The translations under genes were made by a program, and so were the position numbers. DNA of 64,000 bases from Octopus vulgaris (lineage: Eukaryota), in contig OX597819.1 in the NCBI GenBank assembly GCA_951406725.2, positions 48,856,001 to 48,920,000 on the forward strand. Direction: 5' to 3'. The notes below the pieces were generated by a model. It searched no databases. It was not told the origin of the DNA and saw only the letters and a list, made by a program, of their open reading frames with translations. Of the stretch, positions 22,830-36,224 are shown in pieces (position 1 is the stretch's first letter; each line of letters starts with the position of its first letter).

Positions 22830-23570
22830 TGTAGTTAAGAAAGAGAAAGAGCAGGAACATGGAGAATGGAGCTAAAAATGGTGGATGTGAAGTCTAAGGC
22901 AGGGTGGAAAGAATTGATAATAGTGATGAATGAATTGAGTTGTTCATGGGTAAAAGGGATAGTCATATAGCTTGTGGAGAGGGGTGAATTGTGTGAGAAA
23001 TTAGGCCTCTATGTGATCAGCAAACAAGCTGGCAAAACTGGAGCATATCCCGGTTCCTATGGCCACTCAAGTGACCTGTTGCCAGGTCTTATTGGAAAAG
23101 GAGAACCGGTTTTTGGTGAGGTGGATGAGAGTAGTGCAGTGATCAAGAAACTTGTAAGAAATGACAGATTTTGTTTCCATGATGTAATGGAGTCGAGAGG
23201 GAAGGAGAGCAAGCTGAAAAGGTGGAAGATGTGGTTGGTGTTGGGGACGTGTGAAAGAAAGGCTGTCATCAAGGGTGGAAAGAATTAGTAGAGATACCTG
23301 GAGTGTTGTTGCAAATGGAAATGATGGGCTCATGGATTCTGGATAAGAAATAGATGCTGGGGGTATCAGCTGTACAGGCCATGAAGTTGGTGAGGGGAAG
23401 AGGTGTAAGCATATGGTAGTGGAGATCATTAGTAGTAGCATATAGGGTTGGAAGGTAATTTTGCAATTGACTAGGGAACTGAGGAGTTGCTGAAATATTT
23501 GATTGAAACTACCATGTGACCACAGTGCCACTGTTGTTTGCTGAAAGTTCAGCTTAGGAAGTGTTAAAGT
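22830..23570 (-). mobile_element. Penelope-like element reverse transcriptase remnant
   Basis: Minus-strand fragments YFLSRIHEP (like PLE FYLLPKIHKP) and KNRFSFSNKTWQQVT*VAIGTGICSSFASLFADHIEA (like PLE GxAMG...ANLF motif). Confidence 0.75.
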
Positions 23571-23949
23571 AAATTAAATGCTTTCAAAAAAAATAAAAAA
23601 TTAGAAAGAAAAAATCAAAATAACTCAGTGTGGTAGCCACAGTTCACAATCACTGAATAAAGTATTAAACTGACTCAGATGTTGTTCAAGGTCAGAACTC
23701 TGTTAGGTTACAACAAGATCAACTACGAATGTTTTAAACCAGATCTCACTGACAAAGTTGTATGTTCTTGGAAAGATATCAGAACTTAAATATACTAGTG
23801 CTTTATTTGCTTATTGCTTGATATGAATTGAAATGTATTTAGATAAGATTAAAATATTAACTCATGTCAGTAAGTTTCCTTTTCCTGAATGTGAATTAAA
23901 TGTTTTTAATTCATTGCAAAATTCACTTGTTCACTTGCACCTGCTGTGT

Positions 23950-24330
23950 CTGTTGACAAACATTTGTTGCTGAAGCTGATGTTTCTAATGTTATTTTAGT
24001 GCTATTTTTATCATAAGATGAGATATCTGTTGGTTAATTTTTAAAAAAAATTTTGTTTTCACCTTAACAAAATTTGAAAAGAAACATCTTGCAATTGAAA
24101 AAGAGGCTTTGACCATAGTTGAAGCTATGAGATGGTTTCATTATTTGATTAGTAAACATTTAAATTGGTTACTGATCAAAAAATCTGTTTCTTTCATGTT
24201 TGATTATAAATAATGCAGGATTATGTTGAAGAATGGAAAACAAACTAATGGGGATTGAAATTACCTTCACAATCTTGCAACATTTCTTACAAACTGAAAA
24301 CTTTATGTAGCTGTCAGTGCACTTTATAGA
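23950..24330 (+). mobile_element. Gypsy/Ty3 LTR retrotransposon RNase H remnant
   Basis: FVAEADVSN (like TDAS), LTKFEKKHLAIEKEALTIVEAMR, ...VTDQK.SVSFMFD, with frameshifts. Confidence 0.75.
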
Positions 24331-24904
24331 ATTGCAAATATTGAACCGAGAAATAACTTTGAAATTAAATGTTTTTTTGCTTTAATTATAGATGACTGAA
24401 ATGAAAATGATTATAACATTTTTACAGCTGGGACAGGAATTATTATAGCAAATCTTCGTTCTTTGCTCTTGTGATAAATGAAAAGAGTTTATGATGTATG
24501 TACTCAACTTAGACCTCAGTTCAGTCATAACATCTGCCCATCTATTATTCAATAACCTAACAACAGAGAAAAACCTCTGTGGGAGTGTGTCATCTAACAC
24601 TTTAATTGAAAACTTTTAAACATAATGTGATATTTATAATGATAATGAGTTAAACACCACAGTTATAATTCATGGGGCTTATGTCTGTGAGGGTGTGGGT
24701 TGGCGAATGTGACAGTGGTGACGTCATCAACTCATTAATACTCCCACTGATTTGGATTAAAATCCGATAGTATCTCCGTCTTCTCCGAAGATTAAATGCT
24801 CAGGATGAGAAAGATGCTCACTATAGAGACTCAGTTTTTAACTATACATAAAATTAAATCAAGGAGTGATTGATACCATAATGTGTTCACATGCATGTAC
24901 ACAA

Positions 24905-24915
24905 ACACACACACA

Positions 24916-24956
<41 letters not shown>

Positions 24957-24976
24957 TCTGTCTCTCTCTCTCTCTG

Positions 24977-25008
<32 letters not shown>

Positions 25009-25016
25009 TCTCTCTC
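24905..25016. repeat. (CA)n-(CT)n microsatellite
   Basis: Read directly from the sequence. Confidence 0.95.
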
Positions 25017-26159
25017 ATCTGGGAACTCCAGTGAGTTGTTAATGCTTCACTGCTTCATTCTGATGAGATACCGAGTTTGTGGTAAAGATGGAAGAAGCTA
25101 CACAAAAATTAATGTTTTAGAATAAAATTGCTAAAACATTTAAAATCTCCAGTCTAACAATACAATTATTTCTTTCATCATTTAGATAAAAAGCAAAAAG
25201 AGAAGAAGAAAAGCACACCAGTTGAGATAATGCTCAAGTTAAAAATATACATTGGTAGTGATTATGCTGCTGAGATATTTAAATTGGTTAACTCTGTTTA
25301 AGTACATATCAATTTCAATTCAGTTAATTTATTTCAACCACAAAAATAAATGACATTAAATTTCAATGGATAAACAGATAAAACAGAGAATAAACTATTT
25401 ATGATTTGAAGGTCTGTGACAAAGATCAAAACTGGCAACAGGGCATCGAGGACATTTTATGGTACTTCTGACTGAAACAACAGACCAACAATAACATTTT
25501 TTTTTTAAATTTAAAAGCAAATAATAGAAAAGTTATAAAAATAGTGATTTTTATGAAACAGGAGGCTTCTATTGCAAAATTTCAGTAACACAATGAAAGC
25601 AATGTGCACTCAATAACAAAAGCACATAGTACTCTTTCACTTTCTATAAATGAAAATAATGTCAGTGGAAGTTTAAATATTGTACTCTGTCACCTTCTCA
25701 CAATGTTTTCAAATTTGTTTTGCATTTGTAATTATATTTTTGTCGTTAAAAAACTGAAACAACACCCTTTCATTTTTTACAGAAAATAAAATGACACAAT
25801 AACAGTGCTTTCACCATTGACACCTATTGCCTTCATTATTTTGCTAGGGTGTTCTGCTTCAGAGTTAACAGGATCTGTAATCTGTTTGTGAATGCCACAT
25901 AAATGATTAACACAAACATATTATTGAACTGATATGGGTAGTCACGTTCTAGGAAGCCAATTGTCACTACTATACATGTTATTAACATCCAGTGGTTCCT
26001 GATATATTTTAGCAGCACTATGTTCAGCCCATGTTAGAAATGATTGATGTATTCAATATTGGTTAAGGATCTGATGTAGTCTTTTTGTGAAAAGGTATGA
26101 CATTGGATTGACGTCAGTCAGAAGAAATAGTTTTTGTATCTTGTTAATATTCTGCCTTA

Positions 26160-26220
<61 letters not shown>

Positions 26221-26225
26221 TATAC

Positions 26226-26382
26226 ACACACAATGTTTCTGTCTTCCAAATCCACTCACAAGGCTTTGGTTGGTCTGAGGCTACAGTAAAAGACACTTGT
26301 CCAAGGTGGCATGCAGTGGGACTGAACTTGGAACCATGTGGTTTGGAAGCAAGCTTCTTACTTCCCTGCTACAACTGCACCT
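26226..26382 (-). mobile_element. Family A SINE 5' half
   Basis: Reverse complement of the family A head (GGTTCCAAGTTCAGTCCCACTGC, CCTTGGACAAGTG). Confidence 0.8.
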
Positions 26383-26407
26383 ATGTATATATATACTTAT
26401 ATATGTA

Positions 26408-26443
<36 letters not shown>

Positions 26444-26813
26444 TGTATGTGTGTGTGTATGTATGTATATGTATGTATGTATATATGTATGTATGTATGT
26501 ATATATATATGTATGTATGTATGTATATATATATGTATGTATGTATATATATATATGTATGTATATATATATATATGTATGTATATATATATATTTATAT
26601 GTATGTATATATATATATATGTATGTATATATATATATTTATATGTATGTATATATATATATGTATGTATGTATATATATATATATTTATATGTATGTAT
26701 ATATATATATGTATGTATGTATATATATATATATATGTATGTATGTATATATATATATATGTATGTATGTATGTATATATATGTATGTATGTATGTATAT
26801 ATATGTATGTATG

Positions 26814-26845
<32 letters not shown>

Positions 26846-26927
26846 TATGTATGTATGTATGTATATATATGTATGTGTATATGTATATATATGTATGTAT
26901 GTATATGTATGTATATATATATGTATG

Positions 26928-27015
<88 letters not shown>

Positions 27016-27163
27016 TATATGTATGTATATATATATATATATGTCTGTATGTATATATATATGTCTGTATGTATGTATATATATATATATATGTATGTAT
27101 ATATATATATATATATGTCTGTATGTATGTATATATATATATATATGTATGTATATATATATG
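26383..27163. repeat. Compound (TA)n/(TATG)n microsatellite, ~780 bp
   Basis: Read directly; source of spurious YI/CM ORFs. Confidence 0.95.
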
Positions 27164-27164
27164 T

Positions 27165-27906
27165 CTGGCCCCGTGTCGGTGGCACGTAAAAGCACCATCC
27201 GTCCGTGTCCGTTGCCAGCCTCGGCTGGCCCCCGTGCCGGTGACACGTAAAAACACCGTCCGCTCGTGGCCGTTTGCCAGCTCTGTCTGGCAACCGTGTC
27301 GGTGGCACGTAAAAGCACCATCTGTTCGCGTCCGTTGCCAGCCTCGGCTGGCCCCGTGCCGGTGGCACGTAAAAGCACCATCCGTTCGTGGCCGTTTGTC
27401 AGATCTATCTGGCCCCGTGTCGGTGGCACGTAAAAGCACCATCCGTCCGTGTCCGTTGCCAGCCTCGGCTGGCCCCCGTGCCGGTGACACGTAAAAGCAC
27501 CGTCCGTTCGTGGCCGGTTGCCAGCTCTGTCTGGCCCCGTGTCGGTGACACGTAAAAGCACCGTCCGTTCGTGGCCGTTTGCCAGCTCTGTCTGGCCCCG
27601 TGTCGGTGGCACGTAAAAGCACCATCCGTTCGTGTCCGCTGCCAGCATCGCCTGGCCCCGTGCCGGTGACACGTAAAAGCACCATCCGTTCGTGGCCGTT
27701 CGCCAGCTCTGTCTGGCACCTGTGCAGGTGGCACGTAAAAAACACCCACTACACTCGCGGAGTGGTTGGCGTTAGGAAGGGCATCCAGCCGTAGAAACAC
27801 TGCCAGATCTGACTGGGCCTGACGAAGCCTTCCAGCTTCACAGACCCCAGTTGACCCGTCCAACCCATGCTAGCATGGAAAACGGACGCTAAACGATGAT
27901 GATGAT
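27165..27906 (+). mobile_element. Young RTE 3' end with a GC-rich 60-62-bp tandem array (10 core motifs) and (GAT)n tail
   Basis: Units start at 27165, 27225, 27287, 27348, 27409, 27469, 27531, 27592, 27652 and 27713, then GGCGTTAGGAAGGGCATCCAGCCGTAGAAAC and (GAT)n; CpGs intact. Confidence 0.9.
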
Positions 27907-28077
27907 ATATATGTATATGTATATGTATGTATGTATATATATATGCATGCTTATATATATATATGTGTATGTATGTATATATATATGCATGCTTATATAT
28001 ATATGTATATGTATGTATGTATATATATGCATGCTTATATATATATGTATATGTATGTGTATATATATGCATGCTTA

Positions 28078-28110
<33 letters not shown>

Positions 28111-28177
28111 ATATATATATATATATGCATGCTTATATATATGTATATATATATATATGCATGCTTATATATATGTA

Positions 28178-28247
<70 letters not shown>

Positions 28248-28497
28248 TGTATGTATGTATATATGTATGTATGTATGTATGTATATATGTATGTATGTAT
28301 ATATGTATGTATGTATATATGTATGTATGTATGTATGTATATATATATATATATATGCATGCTTATATATATATATATGTATGTATGTATATATATATGT
28401 ATGTATGTATGTATATGTATATATATATATATATATATATGCATGCTTATATATATATGTGTATGTATGTATATATATATATATATATGCATGCTTA

Positions 28498-28575
<78 letters not shown>

Positions 28576-28735
28576 CATGCTTATATATATATTTGCATGC
28601 TTATATATATATTTGCATGCTTATATATATATTTGCATGCTTATATATATATTTGCATGCTTATATATATATTTGCATGCTTATATATATATATATGCAT
28701 GCATATATATATATATATGCATGCTTATATATACA
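27907..28735. repeat. Compound microsatellite with a GCATGCTT-containing higher-order unit (20-bp unit at ~28572-28690)
   Basis: Read directly from the sequence. Confidence 0.95.
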
Positions 28736-28849
28736 CACCAATACACCATATAAAGTGGTACTAGGAAGAGTATGCACTTGTTCAAACCAACTGAAAACAG
28801 CAAAACAGCTTATGAGTGAGATGTACTCCTCTAACTCACGAAAGAGGAC

Positions 28850-29390
28850 AATGACAACCCATCCAACCTATGCCAGCATGGAAAAGCAGACATGATATTA
28901 TGATGAAGATGATGGTTGATGTGTATTTACTGAATATTTCTATAAGCATAATCATGCTGGTGCCATATAACCTATAATTGTAATCATGCCAGTGCCACAT
29001 AAAAAGCACCCAATACACTCTGTAAAGTGATTGGTGTTAGGAAGGGCATCCATCTGTAGAAACCATGCCAAAACAGACTATTGGAGCCTGGTGCAGCTCT
29101 CTGGCTAGTAAGCTTCTGTCAAACCATCCAACCCATGCCAGTATGATAAATGGACATTAAATGACGATGATGTTATCTTCTAGAATTAGTTCTAATTATT
29201 TTATTGGAATCCACTAAAAGAATCATCTTCATCATTTAACATTTGTTTCCCATGCTGTCATGGGTTGGATGGTTTAACAAGATCTGGTGGGCTGTAGCCC
29301 TGTTTTGAGCTCCAGTGTCAGCTTTAGTATGGTTCTTATGGCTGAATGCTTTTTCCTAATGCCAAGGATGCTCTTCCTAATGCCACTGGC
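28850..29390. mobile_element. Cluster of RTE 3' tail fragments in both orientations
   Basis: Plus-strand tails ending ~28912 and ~29172; minus-strand tail ~29225-29390. Confidence 0.75.
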
Positions 29391-29759
29391 ATTTCTAACA
29401 GCAAGAATGGCTGTTTATATCTTACAATGGTAAGCTCTTTAAAAAACTTATCCATATAATACCAACATGCTTTGATGGTTAAGAAAGTGGTCAAGTTTTG
29501 TGAAAATTTGAAGGCCAATAATCAAATCAGACAGCTTTTATCTAATGTTAATTTCTTAAACAGACAAATTAAAACTCTTTATCAAGTCTACAAGAGGAAA
29601 AGAAAATGTAATCCAAAGAATGTTTTCCAGTGGGTGGGTGGGTGTAATCTTTAACCGTCACTCGATCTAATATCATCACTTGGCTTATGATTACATTTAG
29701 AAGTGTCCACCCTGTTGTAAGCATTTGAACCAGACTTATAGTCAGAGGACAATCTAAGC

Positions 29760-29943
29760 CTTTGTTTCTCAACCGTTTTTGACCTATGGGCTCCTTTGAT
29801 TCCTATTTTACTTGGATGGACCCTCCCAGCCATTCACTGCTTAGAATATCATATTATATTTTTATAATTAAATATTATTAGGAATTGTATAAAACAAATT
29901 GTTAAAATCAGTTGGCCATATGGACTTCGGTTGAGAACTACTG
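29760..29943. mobile_element. hAT-Charlie-like MITE
   Basis: TIR ...TTCTCAACC / GGTTGAGAACTACTG; 8-bp TSD ATCTAAGC/ATCTAGGC. Confidence 0.8.
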
Positions 29944-31224
29944 ATCTAGGCCATGGTGTCTGCCTCCCTTTTCTCTATTAATCTCAGCAGTAAAAGGGAT
30001 TGGGTGCTGCCATTCCTTATTTGACTAAGCCATAAATATAAATAAACAAAAACTGATATGTTTAGTTTGTAGTAGTAGTTGTAGTAGTAGTAGTTGTTGT
30101 TGTTGTAGTGGTACTTATGGCCTTCATGTTAATGATAGCAGGAATTTGGCTGCTACACAGAGCAGTAGTATAGTTAAGAAGGAGAGTGAGATGGGAGCTG
30201 TCTACCATGGGCAATGCTTTTTGTAGTCTGCTGTACAAGCCTGTATAGGCTTGGGAACCCCGGGATTGGAAGCAAACTCCAGGGCTACCCTGGGTAGTAC
30301 ACACTCTAGTCACACCCCTTGACACTGAGTGAGAATACTGATATTTTTCAATGTTCTTTACTGGCTTTAGAAATAGACTTATAAAACAGACTGAGGTAAT
30401 GTTAAAAAAACCCAAACAAACCAAAAAGGGTCTAGTTAGAAATATACAATAATCAGAACTATCATAAAGCAGTTGTTTCATTTATATTACATTTACATAT
30501 TTCAACACCTTTTTTCTTTCTGTTTTTGTTTTGCATATAAGCATTACTTTTCCGGAATTCTACATGGTTGCTCTTCTGTGACCATTTCTTAGTATATTAT
30601 TGTAAATGCTAAATTCTATTTTTGTTATACTTTCTATTTGTTTATTTATCTTTAGAGTATATATATATATATATGGGTGTAAGACTAAACATGACTAAAT
30701 ATAAAGTGAGTATTTATTTAGTTAGCAAAATGCAGGCCAAATGAAGCCATAGAACTTTTACAAAATATTAAATGGAACTGGAAGAGAATGTGAACTAGCA
30801 CATATAGAGAAAATTTAGCAGCAGTTGGATAGTAATATTATTTAGTCAAATATAAAAATTGTTGGGATTTTTCAAACAATTTTCATTTTATTTATTTACT
30901 TTAAACAGGTTATCAATGTGTTGCAATGTAGATATAATATTTCAAGGAATCACAGCTGCCAGACATCAGCATCATCATCGTTTAACATCTACCTTCCATG
31001 CTGGCATGGGTTGGCTGGTTTGACAGGAACTGGTCAGAGCAGAAGACTGCACCAGACTTTTGTGCCTGTTTTGGCATGGTTTTATGACTATGTGCCCTTC
31101 CTTACACCAACCACCCTGCAGTTGTAAATGGACTTAAGTTTGTTATAGATTATCTTAAGTGCAATTTATTTAAGTTATTTAACCACTTTCAATATTTAAT
31201 AATCTCCATCCTGCCCAACCGTGA

Positions 31225-31655
31225 CTTGGCAGAATTGTTAGTATGCCAGGTGAAATGCTTTGCAGCATTTTGTTTGTTTCCATGTTCTGAGTTCAAATTC
31301 TGCCAAGGTCAGCTTTGCCTTTCATCCTTTTGGGGTTGGTAAAAAAAGGCGGCGAGCTGGCAGAATTGTTAGCAGGCCAGGCGAAATGCATAGCTGTATT
31401 TCATCTGACGTTACGTTCTGATTTCAAATTCCGCCGAGGTCGACTTTGCCTTTCATCCTTTCGGAGTCGATAAATTAAGTACCAGTTACGCACTGGGGTC
31501 GATATAATCGACTTCATCTGTTTGTCCTTGTTTGTCCTCTCTGTGTTTAGCCCCTTGTGGGTAGTAAAGAAATAGGTAAAATAAGTGCCAGCTGAACACT
31601 GAGGTCGATGTAATCAACTTATCCCCCTTGTGCCAAAGTTTGAAATCAGTATTCA
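31225..31655 (+). mobile_element. Family B SINE with a younger family B SINE (31348-31574) nested in it
   Basis: TSD GGTAAAA at 31338-31344 and 31575-31581; the host SINE resumes TAAGTGCCAG. Confidence 0.85.
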
Positions 31656-32196
31656 ATAATCCCTGCCCCCACCCCACTGAGGTGGCAAGTTAGCAGAATC
31701 ATTAATACTAGCTGGACCCAGGAAAAATTCATGGAAAATATAAAAAAATGTAAGCATTTGTAAATTGTGTGCTGGTGCCATGAGAAACGTTTCTATATTT
31801 TGACAGTTACTGAATAAAGAAAGATGTGTAAAACTGATAACTATATAACCCAACCAAGATATCTCAGTTACGCAAACGTAAACAGAATTACTACTTAGTC
31901 TTAAAATACATCATACATGTTCAAGGAACCTTCTTGGTTTAGTGGTATGGAATGTTCTTCTGGTATTCTTTTACTTGTTTCAGTCATTTGACGGTGACCA
32001 TGCTGAAGCACCACCTTTTAGTCGAAGAAATCAACCCCTGGAGTTATTCCCTGTAATCCTGGTGCTTATTCTATCATTTTCTTCTGCTGAACAGCTAAGT
32101 TATGGGGACACAAACACACCAACATCAGTTGTCAAACAATGGTAAGTGGCGGGACAGACACAAACACACACATAAAAATATTATATATATATGTAT

Positions 32197-33287
32197 ATAT
32201 ATTATATTAAATTAGAGATAAAACCACTATTAGGCAAATCAAACAATGAAAAACATAAGCCAATACATAAAATTAATTAATTTATATTATTTAAATATAT
32301 ATCAAAAGTATTAAAAGTTTAATAAAAGATAAAGAGTATAACACTACGATCGTTTCATGGCTGTACAATTCGTAATAATTCGAGTTATGGTTACAGTCAA
32401 TCTTCAGGTTAATTGAAATATCTAAAATATAATCAGAAATATTTAAACAATATTTTTAAGATATAAATAATATAATAATTTTACTTATAATAAACTCTTT
32501 TATCAAACTAGAAACATAAAACTTAACAATTATGATTATATCAAAATCGACTATAATGTTAAATATTAATTTTAATTTATAAGATGGAAACCCACCAATA
32601 ATCTAATATCAGTATTAATCTATATCTAATTACATAAATATTTAAAAATGACTATTATATATAAATTATCAATGAAAATATATAAATGTATATAAATATT
32701 ATAATTAAGATCTAAAATAATCTCTATAAATAAATATATATGCACATATATATTTATTTATAGAGATTATTTTAGATCTTAATTATAATATTTATATACA
32801 TTTATATATTTTCATTGATAATTTATATATAATAGTCATTTTTAAATATTTATGTAATTAGATATAGATAATACTGATATTAGATTATTGGTGGGTTTCT
32901 ACCTTATAAATTAAAATTAATATTTAACATTATAGTCGATTTTGATATAATCATAATTGTTAAGTTTTATGTTTCTAGTTTGATAATAGAGTTTATTATA
33001 AGTAAAATTATTATATTATTTATATCTTAAAAATATTGTTTAAATATTTCTGATTATATTTTAGATATTTCAATTAACCTGAAGATTGACTGTAACCATA
33101 ACTCGAATTATTACAAATTGTACAGCCATGAAACGATCGTAGTGTTATACTCTTTATCTTTTATTAAACTTTAATACTTTTGATATATATTTAGATAATA
33201 TAAATTAATTAATTTTATGTATTGGCTTATGTTTTTCATTGTTTGATTTGCCTAATAGTGGTTTTATCTCTAATTTAATATAATATA
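32197..33287. repeat. ~1.09-kb near-perfect palindrome (~545-bp arms), Penelope-like inverted terminal structure
   Basis: Arms are reverse complements around a centre at ~32743 with few mismatches; an unpaired extension continues to ~33375. Confidence 0.9.
33074..33148 (+). ncRNA. Minimal type I hammerhead ribozyme motif (mirror copy on the minus strand at ~32337-32412)
   Basis: CTGAAGA (33079-33085), stem II TGACTGTA/TACAGCCA, GAAA, palindromic stem III CGATCG, GTA cleavage triplet, short stem I TAAC/GTTA. Confidence 0.65.
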
Positions 33288-33373
33288 ATATAATATATTT
33301 ATACTATAAAATTGGATTTAATCCTAAATCTGATTTTTCCCTGTAAGTTTGGATTTATTCCCTAATATTTTAT

Positions 33374-33406
<33 letters not shown>

Positions 33407-33447
33407 GACTGGCTTCTTCAGTTTCTGTCTACCAAATTCATTCATAA

Positions 33448-33643
33448 ACATAGCAGGGACAGACAAACAGATTAAGTTGATTACATTGACCCCAGTGCAT
33501 AACTGGTACTTAATTTATTGACCCCCAAAAGGATGAAAAGCAAAGTCGACCTTGGCGGAATTTGAACTCAGAATGCACCAGCGGACAAAATACCACAAAG
33601 CATTTCACCTGGCGTGCTAACGTTTCTTCCAGCTTGCCACCTT
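33448..33643 (-). mobile_element. Family B SINE
   Basis: Reverse complement of GGTGGCAAGCTGG...GAGTTCAAATTCCGCCAAGGTCGACTTTGC. Confidence 0.85.
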
Positions 33644-34689
33644 GTCACATTCTGTGTGAGGTTGACTCTCCCTAAGAACTACTTTATGGTATACATGTCT
33701 ATGCAGGACTCAGCCACTTGCACGTTAATTTTATGAGCAGACTGTTCGTTGATCAGATAAACAGAAACCTCATTGTCATAACTGACAGAATGCCAGTTTT
33801 TAAAAAGAGTGAAAGAAAAGGAAGTGTTCCATATCATAAGGCAAAAATGTCATGTGTTTAGTACAAGCAGTGTAAGCTAAGACGAAATAATTGCTATTCT
33901 GTCGTGTATTTGCCCTCGACTCATAGCAACTCTATAGCAACAGCCTGCATATCGGTGTTTATTTGGGGACCTGGCCTCCAGATCTGTGAGACCCACAAAT
34001 GTTACGACCGGATTAACACCCATAGTGACCCTAATGACTAAAAAGATTTTCCTGCCCCTGCATAGGATCATTTTCTTCCAACCACTTGAAGGTTTATCTT
34101 GCTCCAGTTCACTCAAGCTGGCCATAATGTATTGTAGCGGTAATTCAAAGGGGCCAGCCTTGTCATATTTTGTGTGGGGCTGATTCTTCCCGAGAACTAC
34201 GTTAATGATATGCATGTCTTTGGAGTACTCAGCCACTTGCGAGTTAATTTTATCCTGGTGTGTTAATGAAAAGTGAAAGTGACATTCAATTATTTGCTGT
34301 GTAGATGTATCAACTTTTCTTTGAATCTATGTACTTACTGTCTCTCTCACTTTCTCTTTCCTCTCTCCTGCTTTTAATTTAACAATGTGTATATGTATTT
34401 ACTTTTCTTGTGATGTGATAAACATTTAAAAACACGAAACGAACGCCATCACCACTCACTGTCTCTTTCTCTCTCACCCTCTCTCTCTTTCTCTCTTCCT
34501 CTCTGAAACATTTAAAAACACAAAATGAATACTGTCATCACTCACTGTCTCTTGCACTCTCTCTCTTTCTCTCTCACTCTCTTTCTCACTCTCTGTCTTC
34601 CTCTCTGTCCTCCTCTCTCTCGTTTTGCCACTTACTTTGAAGTGTGACACACACGATAGGTATGTACAAATTGGCATATTAATATTATT

Positions 34690-34885
34690 GATGCTGGGCG
34701 AAATGCTTTGTAGCATTTCATCTGTCTTCATGTTCTGAGTTCAAATTCCACCAAGTTCAACTTTGCCTTTCATCCTTTCTGTGTCAATAAAATAGATACC
34801 AGATGAGTACTGGGGGTCAATGCAATCAACTTTTCCTCTTCCTCTGAAATTGCTGGCCTTGTGCCAAAGTTTGAAATCAATATTT
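34690..34885 (+). mobile_element. Family B SINE (5' slightly truncated)
   Basis: GAGTTCAAATTCC, GCCTTTCATCCTTTC, GGCCTTGTGCC tail. Confidence 0.8.
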
Positions 34886-35951
34886 AATAATCTCATTATC
34901 AGGACAAGAATAAATTTACGAGAAAATGCTCTTTGTAATGATTACATTTTTGCACCATCCACCCACTCGAAAAAAATAACCAAAAGACAAAACAAATACA
35001 AACAATTATTAATTTTAGACTGTGTTTCCTTGTCATGGTACATCTACTTAAGTTGTAGAACCTATTCATCAATGATATCAAAGACAAAAATATGACTCAA
35101 TCAGAAATGAAACATAGATTTCATTGTCATTGATATTACCTTGTCATACAAAAGCTGTTTTTGTGTGTTCCTGTCATTGAAATTGGTTAAATATTTATCA
35201 TACGGGGCCATTATTAGCAGATTTATACATTCAACGTCCTTCTTTGTGTAACAATGGTGTTTTTGGTTTACACATTTCCAATGAACCAATCACTGATTCA
35301 ACGATTTTGTTGCCGTTGACTGTGCAAGTGACAAGGGAGTATCACCCGTATCTTCGTTCCTTGCTGATGTTTGTATTCTTCGATATACATCAATGAAAGA
35401 TATGCATACACACATACATGCATGCATGCACGTGCACACATGCACATGTGGGTGCTTATGTGCATGCATGTATGTATAAGTGTGTATGTGTGTGTGTTTG
35501 TGTATATATATTTTTATTTTTTTAATTTTATTTCATCTAGTTTCAGCTCACAAGCTGTGGCCATGCTGGGGCACCGCCATTATATATATATATATATATA
35601 TACATATATAAATAAAATCTTTTATGTTTTACTTGTTTCAGTAATGCTTGGGCCCCTTTTGAAGGATTTAATCAAACAAATTGAACCCAGTATTATTATT
35701 TTTTTTGATATTTGGTATTTATTCTATTGATCTCTTTTACCACATTGCTAAGTTACAGAGACATAAACTAATCAACACTGGTTGATTTGTTTATGTCTGT
35801 ATAACTTATCATATATGTATATATATGACAGGCTTCCATACAGTTTCCATTTACCAAATTTACTCACAAAGCATTGGTTGGCCTGAGATAGAGTAGAAGG
35901 CACCTGAAATTATATGGTTTCAAGACAAGCTTCTTAACTACACATTCATGT

Positions 35952-36030
<79 letters not shown>

Positions 36031-36224
36031 AGTGGCTTATGATGGTTGTTGTATTGGGTGTGCATAAAATTTCAAGTGGTGAGTATAACAAAAGTTTTCC
36101 ATTAAGATTTCTGATTAAATTAATGAGTAAGGTTAATATTTATAATGAATTTACCATTTTTGATGAGTGTGCAGTGCACACTTAGCACACCTGGAATATA
36201 CACCCCTGATACATGCACACACAC

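Larger units (their letters stand above)
31965..33447 (-). mobile_element. Family A SINE split by a large palindromic insertion in its internal (TA)n
   Basis: 3' half at ~31965-32172 and 5'-side fragment at ~33407-33447. Confidence 0.7.

Noticed and set aside
27165-27750. CRISPR-like regular array
   Set aside because: Spacers are near-identical two-type repeats, there are no cas genes, the context is eukaryotic, and the array is continuous with an RTE tail.
26281-28895. Long ORFs (up to 463 aa) rich in Y/I/H/T/C/M/V
   Set aside because: They are translations of TA/TATG microsatellites and the 60-bp repeat, open in many frames on both strands.
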